DNA of 53,376 nucleotides from an uncultured Candidatus Saccharibacteria bacterium (GTDB taxonomy: Bacteria; Patescibacteriota; Minisyncoccia; Phycocordibacterales; CAZNKJ01). The translations under genes were made by a program, and so were the position numbers. The stretch covers positions 1 through 53,376 of the forward strand of contig CAZNKJ010000005.1 in assembly GCA_964574145.1 (NCBI GenBank), written 5' to 3'. The notes under the pieces were generated by a model. That model had not been told where the DNA came from and made no database searches. It saw nothing but the letters and a program-made list of their open reading frames with translations. Positions 52,899 to 53,376 of the stretch are shown piece by piece (the first letter of the stretch is position 1; every line of letters begins with the position of its first letter).

Positions 52899-53376
52899 AT
52901 GATACAAATTGAATCATTCAAAATAAATAAACAGTTATTAATACTCATCTCTATAGTATTTTCTTTTGTTATTATTACTATTGTTTCTGCTGATACTGGA
53001 GGTCCTGATGCAGGTCCTGATGGAAGAGGAACGGTAGCTTTTGATACTACGTTGGGGAAACCTGCACCAGTTAGTACTCTGAGTAATGTTAGTTATGATT
53101 TGGTAGGGCCATTGACAGGACAAAGTTCACCCACTGTGGATAATAATGATTTTGGCTATGATGGAGGAGGTGGTGACACAGGTGGGTCATCTTGCCCCTG
53201 CGGAGCAGTATGGCGGTTTGTCTATATGGGAAGAGGTAGTGGTAATGAGTGGGTCTGTAACACGTGCACTACACCACCACCACCTCCAGGTGGAGGAGGT
53301 GGAGGTGGAGGCGGTGGAGGTGGTAATAACCCACCTCTACCACAATGTTCAAACGGAGCAGATGACGATGACGATG
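52899..53376 (+). CDS. Secreted Gly/Pro-rich protein (partial, runs off the window)
   Basis: ATG 52899 and a signal/anchor helix LLILISIVFSFVIITIVSA. The frame is open to the window end with CPCG..C..C, PPPPP and a G11 run. Not in the supplied ORF track because no stop is reached. Confidence 0.5.
   Translation, partial: MIQIESFKINKQLLILISIVFSFVIITIVSADTGGPDAGPDGRGTVAFDTTLGKPAPVSTLSNVSYDLVGPLTGQSSPTVDNNDFGYDGGGGDTGGSSCPCGAVWRFVYMGRGSGNEWVCNTCTTPPPPPGGGGGGGGGGGGNNPPLPQCSNGADDDDD

Overview
This is an AT-rich, gene-dense bacterial chromosome segment. Everything here was read by eye from the sequence and the ORF track; no searches or folding programs were run. The gene content includes GroES/GroEL, LysRS, RNase J, SecG, an RRM protein and many DsbA/VKOR/CcdA-type thiol-redox membrane proteins. 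That mix fits a small-genome, possibly CPR/Patescibacteria-like organism, but this is inference only.

The window falls into four blocks.

(1) 0.1-15.7 kb is a probable integrated, now decayed genomic island next to tRNA-Gln. It carries an orphan UvrD-like helicase, a frameshifted large serine recombinase, an HTH protein and a ParB-fused DNA methylase. It also carries an HNH nuclease plus a PD-(D/E)xK-like protein behind a structured leader. The rest is a complete Type I R-M operon (HTH-hsdM-hsdS-hsdR) followed directly by a 946-aa membrane-inserted KAP P-loop NTPase.

(2) 15.8-41.5 kb is housekeeping genes plus a long same-strand metal/thiol-redox cluster: CsoR-family repressor with a palindromic operator, rhodanese, CcdA, thioredoxin-like protein, CopB-type P1B ATPase and DsbA.

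(3) 41.55-43.42 kb is a 1.9-kb protein-free, structure-dense RNA locus and the most unusual part of the window. It contains two near-consensus promoters, an anticodon-arm-less tRNA-like minihelix with encoded CCA, and a ~170-nt terminator-bounded sRNA. It also contains very long hairpins, a GC-rich block holding an RNase P RNA with an apparently reduced specificity domain, and a complete type III hammerhead ribozyme motif. A 22-bp terminator hairpin closes the locus.

(4) 43.4-53.4 kb holds HD-hydrolase, TrmB, LemA-HtpX and a tRNA-Ser sitting on a 23-bp leader/trailer helix with tRNA fragments on both sides. It then holds DsbA-VKOR next to a 771-aa membrane / 2x cytochrome-b5-like / cd1-type beta-propeller fusion, followed by DUF192, a TolB-like protein and a partial Gly/Pro-rich secreted protein.

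No CRISPR array or rRNA was seen.
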